Source: Candidatus Latescibacterota bacterium
Lineage (GTDB): Bacteria; Latescibacterota; UBA2968; UBA8231
Assembly: GCA_965217585.1 (NCBI GenBank)
Contig: OZ244561.1
Span: 1,344,001-1,408,000 of the forward strand
Length of the DNA: 64,000 nucleotides
Direction of reading: 5' to 3'
Shown: one piece after another, positions 48,019-57,573 of the stretch
How positions within the stretch are numbered: position 1 is the stretch's first letter
Layout: each line of letters starts with the position of its first letter
Notes under the pieces: model-generated
Database searches by the model: none
What the model was told of the DNA's origin: nothing
What the model saw: the letters and a program-made list of their open reading frames with translations, nothing else
Translations under genes and position numbers: made by a program

Positions 48019-48306
48019 ATGGAACAACTCTTTGACGTGATTCGACAACTGGTCGCCGAGGAACGTTATGTCGTCGGTCAGCACGTCTCCGAGCGGTTGG
48101 AAGAGCGCGGTATCATGGAGTGGCAGGTGGTCGCAGGGGTGGAGGACGGCGAATTGATCGCCGAGCGGCCAGACGCGATGCCCAACCCGGCTGTCGAAAT
48201 GCGTGAATCATTGCCCGACGGTACGGAGTACAAGGCCGTTTGGTCTCATCTGCGTCAAACGGGTGTCGCCAAACTGGTAACCGTGCATTTTTTTGATGGA
48301 GGTTAA
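48019..48306 (+). CDS. DUF4258-like putative toxin
   Basis: HVSERLEERGI ... LVTVHF. Confidence 0.65.
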   Translation: MEQLFDVIRQLVAEERYVVGQHVSERLEERGIMEWQVVAGVEDGELIAERPDAMPNPAVEMRESLPDGTEYKAVWSHLRQTGVAKLVTVHFFDGG

Positions 48307-48309
48307 ACC

Positions 48310-48537
48310 ATGAGTATTCCCGGACAGCGAATCAAGCGAACGCGACTGATTCAGACTGATAAGTTTGTGGTTGCGGTAGAGGTCGAGATGGTCGTCCCAG
48401 CCGATGACCCGAATGAGCCGTGCTATGAATCTGAAACGATTCAACTCCTGCGGCAGATCAAGGAGCACGCCGAACGGGAAGATGTGGCTTGGTTGACCAA
48501 AAAAGGCAAAGTGTACGCTGCCGTGGATGCAGCGTAA
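48310..48537 (+). CDS. Small hypothetical protein, putative antitoxin
   Basis: 75 aa, 3 nt after the toxin-like gene, GGAGG SD. Confidence 0.6.
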   Translation: MSIPGQRIKRTRLIQTDKFVVAVEVEMVVPADDPNEPCYESETIQLLRQIKEHAEREDVAWLTKKGKVYAAVDAA

Positions 48538-48548
48538 GATTTTATACC

Positions 48549-49127
48549 ATGACCAAAACCGACCGCAAAAAACAAATCATCGAGCAGGCGACCCGCCTCT
48601 TCGCGTCCAAGCGCTTCGACGAAGTGCTGATGGACGACATCGCCCAACAAGCCGGCGTCGGCAAGGGGACGATCTACACGTACTTTGCCGACAAGGAGGG
48701 ACTCTACTTCGCGGTGGTCTTCGACGGAATCTCCCGCCTCAACGAGAAGCTCCAATCGCACACCGACCGCCAACAGGATCCCGAAGAGGAACTCCGGCGG
48801 ATGGTCCACGCCATCGTCTCCTTCTTCAGCCAGAACCGCTTCTTCTTCCGCCTGATGTCGCAGGAGGACGGCAAGAGCGAGGACGGCAGGGGCGAAAACC
48901 GCAAGCGCTGGCGCGAAGAACGGCACATCCAGTTCGCAGCGATCGAGACGGTCCTGCAAAAAGGTGCTGAAGAGGGTGTCTTCTCCGTCGAGCACCCGAA
49001 GGTCGAAGCCGCTATCCTCCGCGACATGGTGCGCTCGGTGATGATCCACGCGAGGGGCATGGGCGTCGAGGCGATGGTCGATACCATCATGCGGATCTTC
49101 CTCCAAGGCGTGCGCAAGACGCCCTGA
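48549..49127 (+). CDS. TetR/AcrR family regulator
   Basis: IAQQAGVGKGTIYTYFADKEGL. Confidence 0.9.
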   Translation: MTKTDRKKQIIEQATRLFASKRFDEVLMDDIAQQAGVGKGTIYTYFADKEGLYFAVVFDGISRLNEKLQSHTDRQQDPEEELRRMVHAIVSFFSQNRFFFRLMSQEDGKSEDGRGENRKRWREERHIQFAAIETVLQKGAEEGVFSVEHPKVEAAILRDMVRSVMIHARGMGVEAMVDTIMRIFLQGVRKTP

Positions 49128-49155
49128 GCGACGCTCGCGCTATCTCATAATCCCC

Positions 49156-50763
49156 TCAAAACTGCCGCTCGCCGTCGATAGCGGCGTCCCAGCGCTGCGA
49201 ATAGAGATAATCCATCGCAGCCTGCGTAGCTGTGGGCGAGCCAATCTGTTGCAGAGCACTGAGCGCGAACGCGCCCACGTGACCGCAGGGATCGTCGAGT
49301 GCCCTGAAGAGTTGGCCTTCTAACGGAGCTGCGGCTTGGCCGAGCTGGGCGCACGCTATCGCGGCGTTGGTCCGCACTTGGTCGCGGGGCACCCAGCGGC
49401 GGCCGGCTTCCTCCCGCCAGTCTGGGTGGTCGGCCAAGAGCATTCGCCCTAATGCTTCCACTGGTACGCCTTGCGCGATATTGCCCAGCGCGACGAGGAC
49501 CGTGCGCACCAAGCGATGCGAACCAGCTTCGAGGCTCCGCGTCAGCGCCGGGACTGCTGCCACCGCGTGCGAATCCATCTCGCCGAGGGCAAAGGCGGCG
49601 TTGACTTGAGTCCACTCACTTTCGTCGGTCAACAACGCGCAGAGCGCTTCGACCGCGGGTTCGCCGACCGCTGCCAGGGCTTGCGCCGCATCTTCCATGT
49701 TAGTCGCTCCCTCGTTCCAAGCGGGCGGGGCCTCGTGTTGGTCGGCCTCGCGACCTGCTGCGCGCAAGGCTTGGGCCAGCGGCGCGACCGCTGGCTCACC
49801 GATCGCGCCCAGCGCGTAGGTCGCTGCCGTGCGCATGGCCTGGTGATCGGTGCCCAAGCACTCTAAGAGCACTGGCACGGCCGCGGCCGCATCGACGCCC
49901 CAACCGGCCAACTGCTGTGCCGCCGCCAGCCGCTGCGCTAAATCCACCTCTGGATCGAGCTGAGCGATGAGCGCCGGCACATCCCCAGCGGCCTGTGGCC
50001 AGCTATCGTAGCGGTCTCGCTTGCCGCAGAGCCAGTCCCAAGTGTGCGCCCAAGCCAGTTCCAGACCGTAGGGAACCTCAATCCGTTGGGGCTTTTGCCA
50101 GTGCATGCTTTTGCAGTCCCAAGTCGGTGCCATCGGCTCGGAGGCCCGCATGTAGATGAATTTGATCATGTGCCGATGCATCGGCAGCAGGCTGACGCCG
50201 GCTGCGTGGCCCACATCGAAGTGCGTCAGCGACACCGTGCCAGCCCGGCCGGCCAATGGCAAGGCGCGCGCCCGGTCCTCGTCGGTCAGTCCGCGATTGA
50301 ACTGCGTACCCGGGATCACATGCGTCGGCCCCAATTCGACTGGCGAATCCTGCGGATAGTACATGATCCGCGCATAGCGCAGATAGTGCTGGCGCGGGTG
50401 GCCCATAGGCGTGTACCCATCCTGATGGCAATTGCGGCGCAGCCTTTCCTCGGCCGCGGCCGCGGGCACAGGTTCCTCCGTCGGCTTGAGCGGATGGCAG
50501 TAGCGGTGCGGATGCTCCAAGTAGTTCGGGCCTAAGACGCTAATGAGCGCGCCGCGCACCTCGGGCGAGTTGAGCACGTGGCGCATAGCGGGCACGCGCG
50601 GCAGGATATTGTTGCCCGGGTTTAGCTCAGAGTCGATGATTTGGTTGAGCCGCTCATAGCACGCTTCGTGCGTCCCCTCGGGCACGGTCGGCTCAAAAAC
50701 CAGATAGCCATTGACGATAAACTCGCGCATCTGCTCGTCGGTAAGCAGGATCGGGTCGGTCAT
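49156..50763 (-). CDS. PhyH-family dioxygenase fused to HEAT repeats
   Basis: HQDG and distal H; GPTHVIPG; AAFALGEM-type repeats. Confidence 0.85.
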   Translation of the reverse strand: MTDPILLTDEQMREFIVNGYLVFEPTVPEGTHEACYERLNQIIDSELNPGNNILPRVPAMRHVLNSPEVRGALISVLGPNYLEHPHRYCHPLKPTEEPVPAAAAEERLRRNCHQDGYTPMGHPRQHYLRYARIMYYPQDSPVELGPTHVIPGTQFNRGLTDEDRARALPLAGRAGTVSLTHFDVGHAAGVSLLPMHRHMIKFIYMRASEPMAPTWDCKSMHWQKPQRIEVPYGLELAWAHTWDWLCGKRDRYDSWPQAAGDVPALIAQLDPEVDLAQRLAAAQQLAGWGVDAAAAVPVLLECLGTDHQAMRTAATYALGAIGEPAVAPLAQALRAAGREADQHEAPPAWNEGATNMEDAAQALAAVGEPAVEALCALLTDESEWTQVNAAFALGEMDSHAVAAVPALTRSLEAGSHRLVRTVLVALGNIAQGVPVEALGRMLLADHPDWREEAGRRWVPRDQVRTNAAIACAQLGQAAAPLEGQLFRALDDPCGHVGAFALSALQQIGSPTATQAAMDYLYSQRWDAAIDGERQF

Positions 50764-50797
50764 AATGCAAACTCCTTTATGGAAGTGTCCATGCCAT

Positions 50798-52693
50798 TCA
50801 AATCCGCACCTTCAGGGCCTCGGCCTTTAGCTCTTCGCAGCGGCGCGGCGCGTAGGGGGGCTGTTGGGTCTCGCGCAAATCAAAGCCAAAGGCGCGCTTG
50901 CTCAAGACGATGACCGGCGGCGCTTGAATCCGCTTGAAGTAGTTGATCCGCACTTGGCGCTCCACCCATTCGAGATCTTCGATCCAACTGCGCGCATCCG
51001 GGAAGTACGCGCGAAAGCGCGCCACGTCGTCCCACCCCAACCGCTCTAGCAGCACGCCCTCTATAAACCACTGCAACAAATCGCTGCTGTGCCGCCGGTA
51101 TTCGATGAACTGCCGCAGCACGGCGTCGTGGTATCCGTACTTGATCGGGTCGCCCAAACCCTGCGTCACATCTTGGGCCGCAGACAGCTCGGCACTAGGC
51201 ACCACCGAGCCGTCGAGCAAATTCTCCGGCACCACGGCGCGGCCATAGACATCTTCGTTGAGAAAGCGCGCCAGCGCAAAGACCTGCACCTTGTACAGGT
51301 CGGCAATCGGAGCCACCGCACCGCTGACATCCCCGTAGAGCGTGGCGTAGCCCAAAGCGACCTCGGTCTTGTTGCCGTTGGACGTGAACACGAGTCCGTA
51401 TTTGGCCGCTAAGCCGGAGAGCACATCGGCAAAGCGGATGCGCGCCTGCACGTTCTCATCCACCAACCGAGTGTACTCGCCCCGACTCACGGAAAATTCC
51501 GCTCCCTGCACGAGCGCGGCTACGGCCTCGTACAGCGATTCGATCGGGCAGCATAGATAATCAACGCCCAGCGCAGCGCACAGCGAACGGGCATTGTCTT
51601 GGGTAACGGCGGCGTTGAAGCGCGTCGGCATGTTGACTGCAAACACGCGCTCCGGGCCAAAGGCGCGCTCCAGCAGACAGCAGACCACGCTGGAGTCCAC
51701 GCCGCCGCTCGCCGCAATGAGGAACTTGCTCTCTGCGCCGCGCACGTCGTCTAGGTGCCGCAGTCCGGTGAGGATGCCCGCGTACTGGGCTTCGATTTCG
51801 CTTTGGGGCGACGCGATCTCGGCGTGGCTGGTGAGCACGAGCTGTTCCCGCCACGGACGGGCGCGGCACGCAATGTGCCCGCTAGCCGCGTACGCAGTGC
51901 TGTCGCCGTCAAACACAATAATGTTCTTGCCGTTGTTTTGCGCCCCAACTTGGTTGACATAGAAGAAAGGCAGGGGCGAGCGCGCGAGGATCTGGCGCAC
52001 CACGCGGTTGCGCTTGTCGCTTTTCTGCCAAGTAAAGGGCGAGGACGAAAGGTTGAATACGGCTTCAGCGCCGCGACGGCGATATAGCGCCAGCGTGTCG
52101 AGAGGCTCACCGCGGCGGCAGTAGTCCTCGCACCACATGTCCTCGCACAGTTGCACGCCAAAGCCAAAGGACCGCCCGTCCTCGAGCCGCACCCTGTACG
52201 GATGCAGCCAGTCCTCCAGCGACCGGCCCTCAGCCTCAGCCAGATGGCGCAGCGAGAAGAAGTGCCGGTCGTCGTCAAAAAATCGGTAGTTGGGATGCAG
52301 GGTCTTGGGCTGGACGCCGCAGGGCAGCCCGGCGGGCACGGCTTCGCGCACTACGTATGCGCCGTTGGAGCACACATAGACGGCATTGTACTTGCGCCGC
52401 CGTCCATCCTGGCCCTTGTGAACTGGATCCACCGCCACGTTGCCAAAGACCACGGTTAGCCCGGTGCTGGCCCGGCAGATCTCGTCGCTGTACGCGGCAA
52501 AATCCTCGACATACGCGTCTAGCTCCCACAAGTCGCCGAGGATATAGCCACTAATGCACAGCTCGGAAAAGACCACGATCTCAGCGCCAGCCGCCCGCGC
52601 CTGCTCGATAAAGGCCAGCATCCGCTCGGCATTCAGGTCGGGTCGCCCGGGCTTGACCTCCATCTGCACCAAGGCGATTGCGGGCAGGCCCAT
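50798..52693 (-). CDS. nadE: Glutamine-dependent NAD+ synthetase
   Basis: Nitrilase triad (FSEL, PKT, CED); SGGVDS, ENVQAR, NKTE..GYATLYGD; start at ATG 52693. Confidence 0.9.
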   Translation of the reverse strand: MGLPAIALVQMEVKPGRPDLNAERMLAFIEQARAAGAEIVVFSELCISGYILGDLWELDAYVEDFAAYSDEICRASTGLTVVFGNVAVDPVHKGQDGRRRKYNAVYVCSNGAYVVREAVPAGLPCGVQPKTLHPNYRFFDDDRHFFSLRHLAEAEGRSLEDWLHPYRVRLEDGRSFGFGVQLCEDMWCEDYCRRGEPLDTLALYRRRGAEAVFNLSSSPFTWQKSDKRNRVVRQILARSPLPFFYVNQVGAQNNGKNIIVFDGDSTAYAASGHIACRARPWREQLVLTSHAEIASPQSEIEAQYAGILTGLRHLDDVRGAESKFLIAASGGVDSSVVCCLLERAFGPERVFAVNMPTRFNAAVTQDNARSLCAALGVDYLCCPIESLYEAVAALVQGAEFSVSRGEYTRLVDENVQARIRFADVLSGLAAKYGLVFTSNGNKTEVALGYATLYGDVSGAVAPIADLYKVQVFALARFLNEDVYGRAVVPENLLDGSVVPSAELSAAQDVTQGLGDPIKYGYHDAVLRQFIEYRRHSSDLLQWFIEGVLLERLGWDDVARFRAYFPDARSWIEDLEWVERQVRINYFKRIQAPPVIVLSKRAFGFDLRETQQPPYAPRRCEELKAEALKVRI

Positions 52694-53820
52694 CAAGCCA
52701 TCACGGGGACTCGCGCCTGGTGGATGCACTCGGCCAACAGCGGCACGCCCTCGCGGATGGCTTCCAGCGAGGCAAAGCCAAAGGCGAGGCGTATGGCCGG
52801 CACGTCCTCGCGCCGGATGTGGAAGCCCTGCCCTCGCGCCACCACAATGCCGCGCTCGGCGCACAGGGCCATCAGGCGATCGCGATCCACCTCTTCGGGG
52901 AACTCGATCCAGATGAACATGCCGCCCACGGGCCGCGACCACGTGCATAGATCGCCCGCGTTCTCTTCGAGACCGGCAAAGACTGCGTCGCGCTTTTCCT
53001 TGAGGATGGCGTTGGTCTCGGCCAAGTGCTGCCACAGCCGGTCGCGGAACAGGGCCGCGCAACTAGCGGCCGCCAGCAAGCTGTTGCCCCCGTCGTAGCG
53101 GCGGTCGAGGATCCGCCCCAGCATGGGCGGTCGGGCCAATAAATAGCCCATCCGCACCCCAGGACCCAAAATTTTGGACAGCGAGCCGATGTACAGGAGG
53201 TTGGGGCTGTAGTCGAGCGCGTAGAGCGCCGGCTCTTGCGGCCCCTCAAAATGCACATCGCCATAGCAGTTGTCTTCCACCACGATGGTCTCGTAGTACT
53301 GCGCCACTTCGAGCAGTTCGAGGCGGCGCTGCCGCGGCATGACCGAGCCGGTGGGGTTCTGGTAGGTCGCCAAGGTATAAATAAAGCGCGGCCGGGTGCC
53401 CTTGCGGCGCAAATCCGCCAAAACGTCGGCCAGCGCATCGACGCGCATGCCCTGCTCGTCGAGCGGCACCCCGACCAACTCGGCCCCCAACCGCTTGTAC
53501 GCGGCAATCGTCCCAGAATACGTCAATTCCTCGGTGACGATCACGTCCCCCGGACCTTCCATCAGCGCTTCGGCTATCAGTGTAACCGCCTGCATGGAGC
53601 CGTTCATCAGCGCGATGTGGTCGGCGGACACGTCTATGCCCTCGCGCTTGGATTCGCGCGCGGCCATGACTTCGCGCAAGCCCTGGTGGCCCATGTCGCC
53701 GGGATAGCGCACCAGGTCCGCGCCCAGTTCGCGCACGGCCTCGCTAGCGGCCTCGGCCAACGCCTCCGTCGGGAACGAGCCGGGATCCGTGCGTCCACTG
53801 CCAAAATCATATACGGGCAT
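52693..53820 (-). CDS. PLP-dependent class I aminotransferase (LysN/MocR-like, no HTH)
   Basis: YQNPTG, EDNCY, GSLSKILGPGVRMG. Confidence 0.9.
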   Translation of the reverse strand: MPVYDFGSGRTDPGSFPTEALAEAASEAVRELGADLVRYPGDMGHQGLREVMAARESKREGIDVSADHIALMNGSMQAVTLIAEALMEGPGDVIVTEELTYSGTIAAYKRLGAELVGVPLDEQGMRVDALADVLADLRRKGTRPRFIYTLATYQNPTGSVMPRQRRLELLEVAQYYETIVVEDNCYGDVHFEGPQEPALYALDYSPNLLYIGSLSKILGPGVRMGYLLARPPMLGRILDRRYDGGNSLLAAASCAALFRDRLWQHLAETNAILKEKRDAVFAGLEENAGDLCTWSRPVGGMFIWIEFPEEVDRDRLMALCAERGIVVARGQGFHIRREDVPAIRLAFGFASLEAIREGVPLLAECIHQARVPVMA

Positions 53821-53833
53821 AACATTCTCCTTA

Positions 53834-54835
53834 TTAGAGTTCCAATGGCTTGAGTCGGGGGTTTGCAGTAAGCCCCGGTATCCGTCCCCGCTTGGCCACG
53901 GGCCGGCCGTCTACTTCCTTGATGTCCGCGGTAAAATCGATCGCCGAGGCGGCGCTGATCGCGCTACCGACTCCAAAGGCATCCACCGGCGCTCCTGCCG
54001 CCCGGAAATAGCTGATGCGCTCGGCGTCTAAGCCGCCGGAGACCGCGATCTTTACATGGCTATGCCCGGCTTGGTCGAGCCGCGCACGCACCTCCGCGAC
54101 CAGTTCGGCCGTGACTCGCCCGCGCTCGCTCGGGGTGTCCAGCCGCACCCCCCACAGCTTCTCGCCCAAGGCTTCTGCCAGCCGCAGACTCTCTTCGGCT
54201 TCGTCCTTAAAAGTATCAACCAGCGCGATGCGCTCGACTTGGGCGTCGATGTGGCGGTCAAAGACCTCGGCCGTTTTGAGCGTGTCGCCGAGGCACAGGA
54301 TCAGGGCATGGGGCATGGTTCCGGTTGCCTCGATGCCGGCGAGGGCAGCCCCTTGCGGAGTGGCGCATCCAACACATCCCCCGACGATGGCCGCGTATTC
54401 CATCCGGGCACTGACCTCCGGGTGGATGTGCCGAGCGCCGAAGCTGATAATCGGTACCCCGTCGGCTGCTTCGACGCACTCCGCTGCGGCCGTGGCCCAC
54501 CCCGTCTCGCTGCTGAGCATCCCCAACAACGCCGTCTCGTACAGCCCGAACTGCCGGTAGGGCGCGCGGATCCGCAAGACGACCTCGCGCGGCTCGATCC
54601 AATCTCCTTCGTCCAAGCTCCACACCTCCGCCTCCTCGCCGAGTACCTGCCGCAAGAGGGCCTGCGCTTCGCGCAAGCCGCAAAGCAGGGCGCGCCGCCG
54701 GGTAAACACCTCCATCGCCACGACCGGATTGAGCTGTTCGGCCGCGAGGATGTCGCAACTGCGGCGGAAGTAAATATCCGCGTTGTCGCCCGCCAGCGTC
54801 GCAGCCGAGGGCGCGTATGGGTCGCGCTCTGCCAT
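53834..54835 (-). CDS. pncB: Nicotinate phosphoribosyltransferase (short type)
   Basis: ADIYF, FGARH, GTMPHA, VRLDTPS, SGG, FGVG. Confidence 0.9.
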   Translation of the reverse strand: MAERDPYAPSAATLAGDNADIYFRRSCDILAAEQLNPVVAMEVFTRRRALLCGLREAQALLRQVLGEEAEVWSLDEGDWIEPREVVLRIRAPYRQFGLYETALLGMLSSETGWATAAAECVEAADGVPIISFGARHIHPEVSARMEYAAIVGGCVGCATPQGAALAGIEATGTMPHALILCLGDTLKTAEVFDRHIDAQVERIALVDTFKDEAEESLRLAEALGEKLWGVRLDTPSERGRVTAELVAEVRARLDQAGHSHVKIAVSGGLDAERISYFRAAGAPVDAFGVGSAISAASAIDFTADIKEVDGRPVAKRGRIPGLTANPRLKPLEL

Positions 54836-55362
54836 CAGCGGTTGGTGACCTGTGCCCCGAGGATTTTTTCTATATGCCCCAAGGCCCATTCGTGTTGTTG
54901 GGGATCAAAGCTGGCGACGCAATCGGCCGGGACCTCGACCGGATAGTCGCGATTGCGCAGCCCGGCCACGGTGTGCAGAACGCAAATATCCGTGCAATCG
55001 CCCATCACCACGACCTTGTCTGGCGCGAGTTCATCCAACATCGCGGCCAACTCGGTCTCGAAAAAGGCACTGTAGCGCCGCTTTTTGACAATCTGCGCGT
55101 CTTGGGCCAACGGTGCTAGCTCGGCGACGATGTGCTCTTCTTCGCTGCCTTCGATGCAGTGGGGAGGGAACATCTCGAACTCGCGGTCGTTTGCGCTGTG
55201 GCTGTCCTGAGTAAAAAACAGCGCGGCCCCAGCGGCCTTTTCGCGTTCGACCCGCGCGGCGATTCGCGGGATGATCTCCCGCGCGTGGTCCCCGCAGTAG
55301 AGCGTCCCGTCTGGACGCATAAAGCCGTTCTGCATATCGACGACAATCACGGCATTAGCCAT
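54835..55362 (-). CDS. pncA: Nicotinamidase/isochorismatase family hydrolase
   Basis: VDMQNGF, DSH, PPHC, KRRYSAF, CTDICV; coupled to pncB. Confidence 0.85.
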   Translation of the reverse strand: MANAVIVVDMQNGFMRPDGTLYCGDHAREIIPRIAARVEREKAAGAALFFTQDSHSANDREFEMFPPHCIEGSEEEHIVAELAPLAQDAQIVKKRRYSAFFETELAAMLDELAPDKVVVMGDCTDICVLHTVAGLRNRDYPVEVPADCVASFDPQQHEWALGHIEKILGAQVTNR

Positions 55363-55407
55363 CGCCTAGTCCTCCTATTCGCAAAAATACAATCCGCACG
55401 GAGCAAT

Positions 55408-55833
55408 TCAAACCGGTTCAAGCCGTTCCCCCACCAGCCGCCGGTAGTAACACCCCGACCGCGCCCGACCGGCAGCGTCCAAAGTGTGGCAGGCCCCCTC
55501 CCCTTTGAGCCGGACGCGATACAGCAGCGAATTTTGCTCGCAGTTGACGCGGATTTCTACCAGTTCGAGCACATTGCCCGAGGTCGCGCCTTTGACCCAC
55601 AACTCGTTGCGCGATGTGCTCCAAAACGCGGCCAAGCCCTCGCGCCGCGTATAGTTCAGGGCCTCTTCATTGGCGTACCCCACGATCAACACCTCGCCGC
55701 TATCCACGTCCTGCGCCACCACCGGCACCAAACCCTCGCCACAGGCCGCAGCCCGCCGCAACTTGCCAAAATCCAAGGCCAACTGCTGGCCTTCCTCCAC
55801 TTCCTCGTGCGTCATATTCGCTCGTTCAACCAC
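55408..55833 (-). CDS. hisI: Phosphoribosyl-AMP cyclohydrolase
   Basis: FWSTSRNELWVKGATSG, NCEQ, GACHT..SGCYY. Confidence 0.9.
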   Translation of the reverse strand: MVERANMTHEEVEEGQQLALDFGKLRRAAACGEGLVPVVAQDVDSGEVLIVGYANEEALNYTRREGLAAFWSTSRNELWVKGATSGNVLELVEIRVNCEQNSLLYRVRLKGEGACHTLDAAGRARSGCYYRRLVGERLEPV

Positions 55834-55928
55834 GACGATCTCCCATAGTCAAATCCCTTTTAACTAGACCTTGCCTCCCCCTCCAAGTCAAGCCTATATT
55901 CCCCGCCCGAAAGGACGGAATAAATATC

Positions 55929-57203
55929 ATGCTTCTCGACACTGCTTACGAAATCGCCACCTCCAACATCCGCTTCGGCCCGGGCACCACCAAGGAGATC
56001 GGCATGGATCTCAAGGACCGGGGGCTGCAGCGGGTCATGGTATTGACCGACCCAAACTTGCGCGAGCAAGCGCCAGTGCAGACGGCCTTGGCGGCCATTG
56101 CGGAGGCGGGCGTCGAGTACGCGCTGTTCGACCAAGTGCGCGTCGAGCCGACCGACGCCTCGTTCAAGGCGGCGATTGCCTATGCCCAACAAGGGTTTGA
56201 CGGGTTCGTCGCCGTCGGCGGCGGGTCGGTGATGGACACGGCTAAAGCGGCCAACGTGTACACCACCTATCCGGCCGATTTCCTCACCTACGTCAACGCG
56301 CCCATTGGCCGGGGGGAGCCAGTGCCCGGCCCGCTCAAGCCGCTGATCGCCGTTCCCACCACCGCTGGCACCGGCAGCGAGACCACGGGCGTGGCGATTT
56401 TCGATTTCGTCGAGATGAAGGCCAAGACCGGCATGGCCCACCGCTACATGCGCCCGACCTTGGGCATCGTCGATCCAGACAACACGCGCTCCATGCCGCC
56501 GCAGGTGGCCGCTGCAACCGGCCTCGACGTGCTCTCACACGCCTTGGAGTCGTACACGGCCCTGCCGTTTGACCAGCGGCCCCGACCCGACCGACCCCAA
56601 CTGCGACCGGCCTATCAAGGCTCAAATCCCGTCAGTGACTTATGGGCGTTGGAGGCTTTGCGGTTGGTGGAGCAATTTCTGCCCCGCGCCGTAGCCGACC
56701 CAAGCGACGACGAGGCCCGCAGCGCGATGAGTTTGGCCGCGGCCCTCGCCGGCATTGGCTTTGGCAACGCCGGCGTCCACTTGCCGCACGGCATGTCCTA
56801 TCCGGTGGCTGGCATGGTGGAAGGCTATGTGCCCGAGGGATACGCTATCGATTACCCGCTGGTGCCGCACGGGTTTGCCGTGATCGTCAACTCGCCTGCG
56901 GTCTTCCGCTTCACCGCGCCGACTTGCCCCCAGCGGCATCTGCGGGCGGCTGTGGTCTTGGGGGCCGATTGCAGCGGGGCTAAAGATGAGGATGCGGGAG
57001 CGATTTTGGCCGACCACATCGTCTCGCTGATGCGCCAACTCGGCGCACCCAACGGCCTCAGCGCACTCGGCTACGACCGTCAGCATATCCCGGCGCTAGT
57101 CGAGGGTACTCTGCCGCAGCACCGAGTGACCAAGCTCTCGCCGCGAGCGGCTGACGCGGAGGAACTGGCGGGGATTTTTGAGGATGCGCTGAGTTACTGG
57201 TAG
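55929..57203 (+). CDS. Hydroxyacid-oxoacid transhydrogenase (iron-containing ADH family)
   Basis: GGGSVMDTAK, PTTAGTGSE, RPAYQGSNP, HLPHGMSYP. Confidence 0.9.
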   Translation: MLLDTAYEIATSNIRFGPGTTKEIGMDLKDRGLQRVMVLTDPNLREQAPVQTALAAIAEAGVEYALFDQVRVEPTDASFKAAIAYAQQGFDGFVAVGGGSVMDTAKAANVYTTYPADFLTYVNAPIGRGEPVPGPLKPLIAVPTTAGTGSETTGVAIFDFVEMKAKTGMAHRYMRPTLGIVDPDNTRSMPPQVAAATGLDVLSHALESYTALPFDQRPRPDRPQLRPAYQGSNPVSDLWALEALRLVEQFLPRAVADPSDDEARSAMSLAAALAGIGFGNAGVHLPHGMSYPVAGMVEGYVPEGYAIDYPLVPHGFAVIVNSPAVFRFTAPTCPQRHLRAAVVLGADCSGAKDEDAGAILADHIVSLMRQLGAPNGLSALGYDRQHIPALVEGTLPQHRVTKLSPRAADAEELAGIFEDALSYW

Positions 57204-57333
57204 GAAGCCGCCGCCAAGCAGAGAGTGGCGACTCTAGCTTTCCGCAGCGAAACCGCCACTAATCGACCTGAAAAACTCCATCGCACAGATAGGCCAGACA
57301 GTATCAAGGGTCAAATTGCGTTGCCTTGTGATT

Positions 57334-57413
57334 TTTTCAACAGATTTGTTGACAACAGATTTGTTGAATAATATCTTTTCAACAGATTTGTTGACAACGA
57401 TTTCGTTGAATAA
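57334..57413. repeat. Array of four CAAC-N6-GTTGA palindromes arranged as two 38-bp direct repeats
   Basis: TTTTCAACAGATTTGTTGACAACAGATTTGTTGAATAA (57334-57371) and TTTTCAACAGATTTGTTGACAACGATTTCGTTGAATAA (57376-57413). Confidence 0.9.
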
Positions 57414-57423
57414 GGGAGACGCC

Positions 57424-57573
57424 ATGAGATCATCGACCGGCCGCTGGGTAAGCGGCGGCGACTTTTTCAATCGCGAGCGCGAGTTGCGGATACTGGAGAC
57501 GCGGGTCCGCGACCACCACAGATCCCTCGAAGACCGCTGTTCTGAAGACGAATCACCGGGAGACGCGCAATGA
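57424..57573 (+). pseudogene. Collapsed ATP-binding protein gene (49 aa)
   Basis: GRWVSGGDFFNRERELRIL is a typical AAA/STAND N-terminus, but the ORF ends before any Walker A; SD and ATGA overlap retained. Confidence 0.6.

Noticed and set aside
52694-53062. N-terminal extension of nadE shown in the ORF track (754 aa)
   Set aside because: Overlaps the aminotransferase; the nitrilase domain starts at ATG 52693. Similar over-extensions were trimmed for the ORFs at 2657, 29972 and 55614.
57334-57413. Possible mini-CRISPR array
   Set aside because: Units are 15-16 bp, adjacent or 11 bp apart, with no unique spacers and no cas genes.
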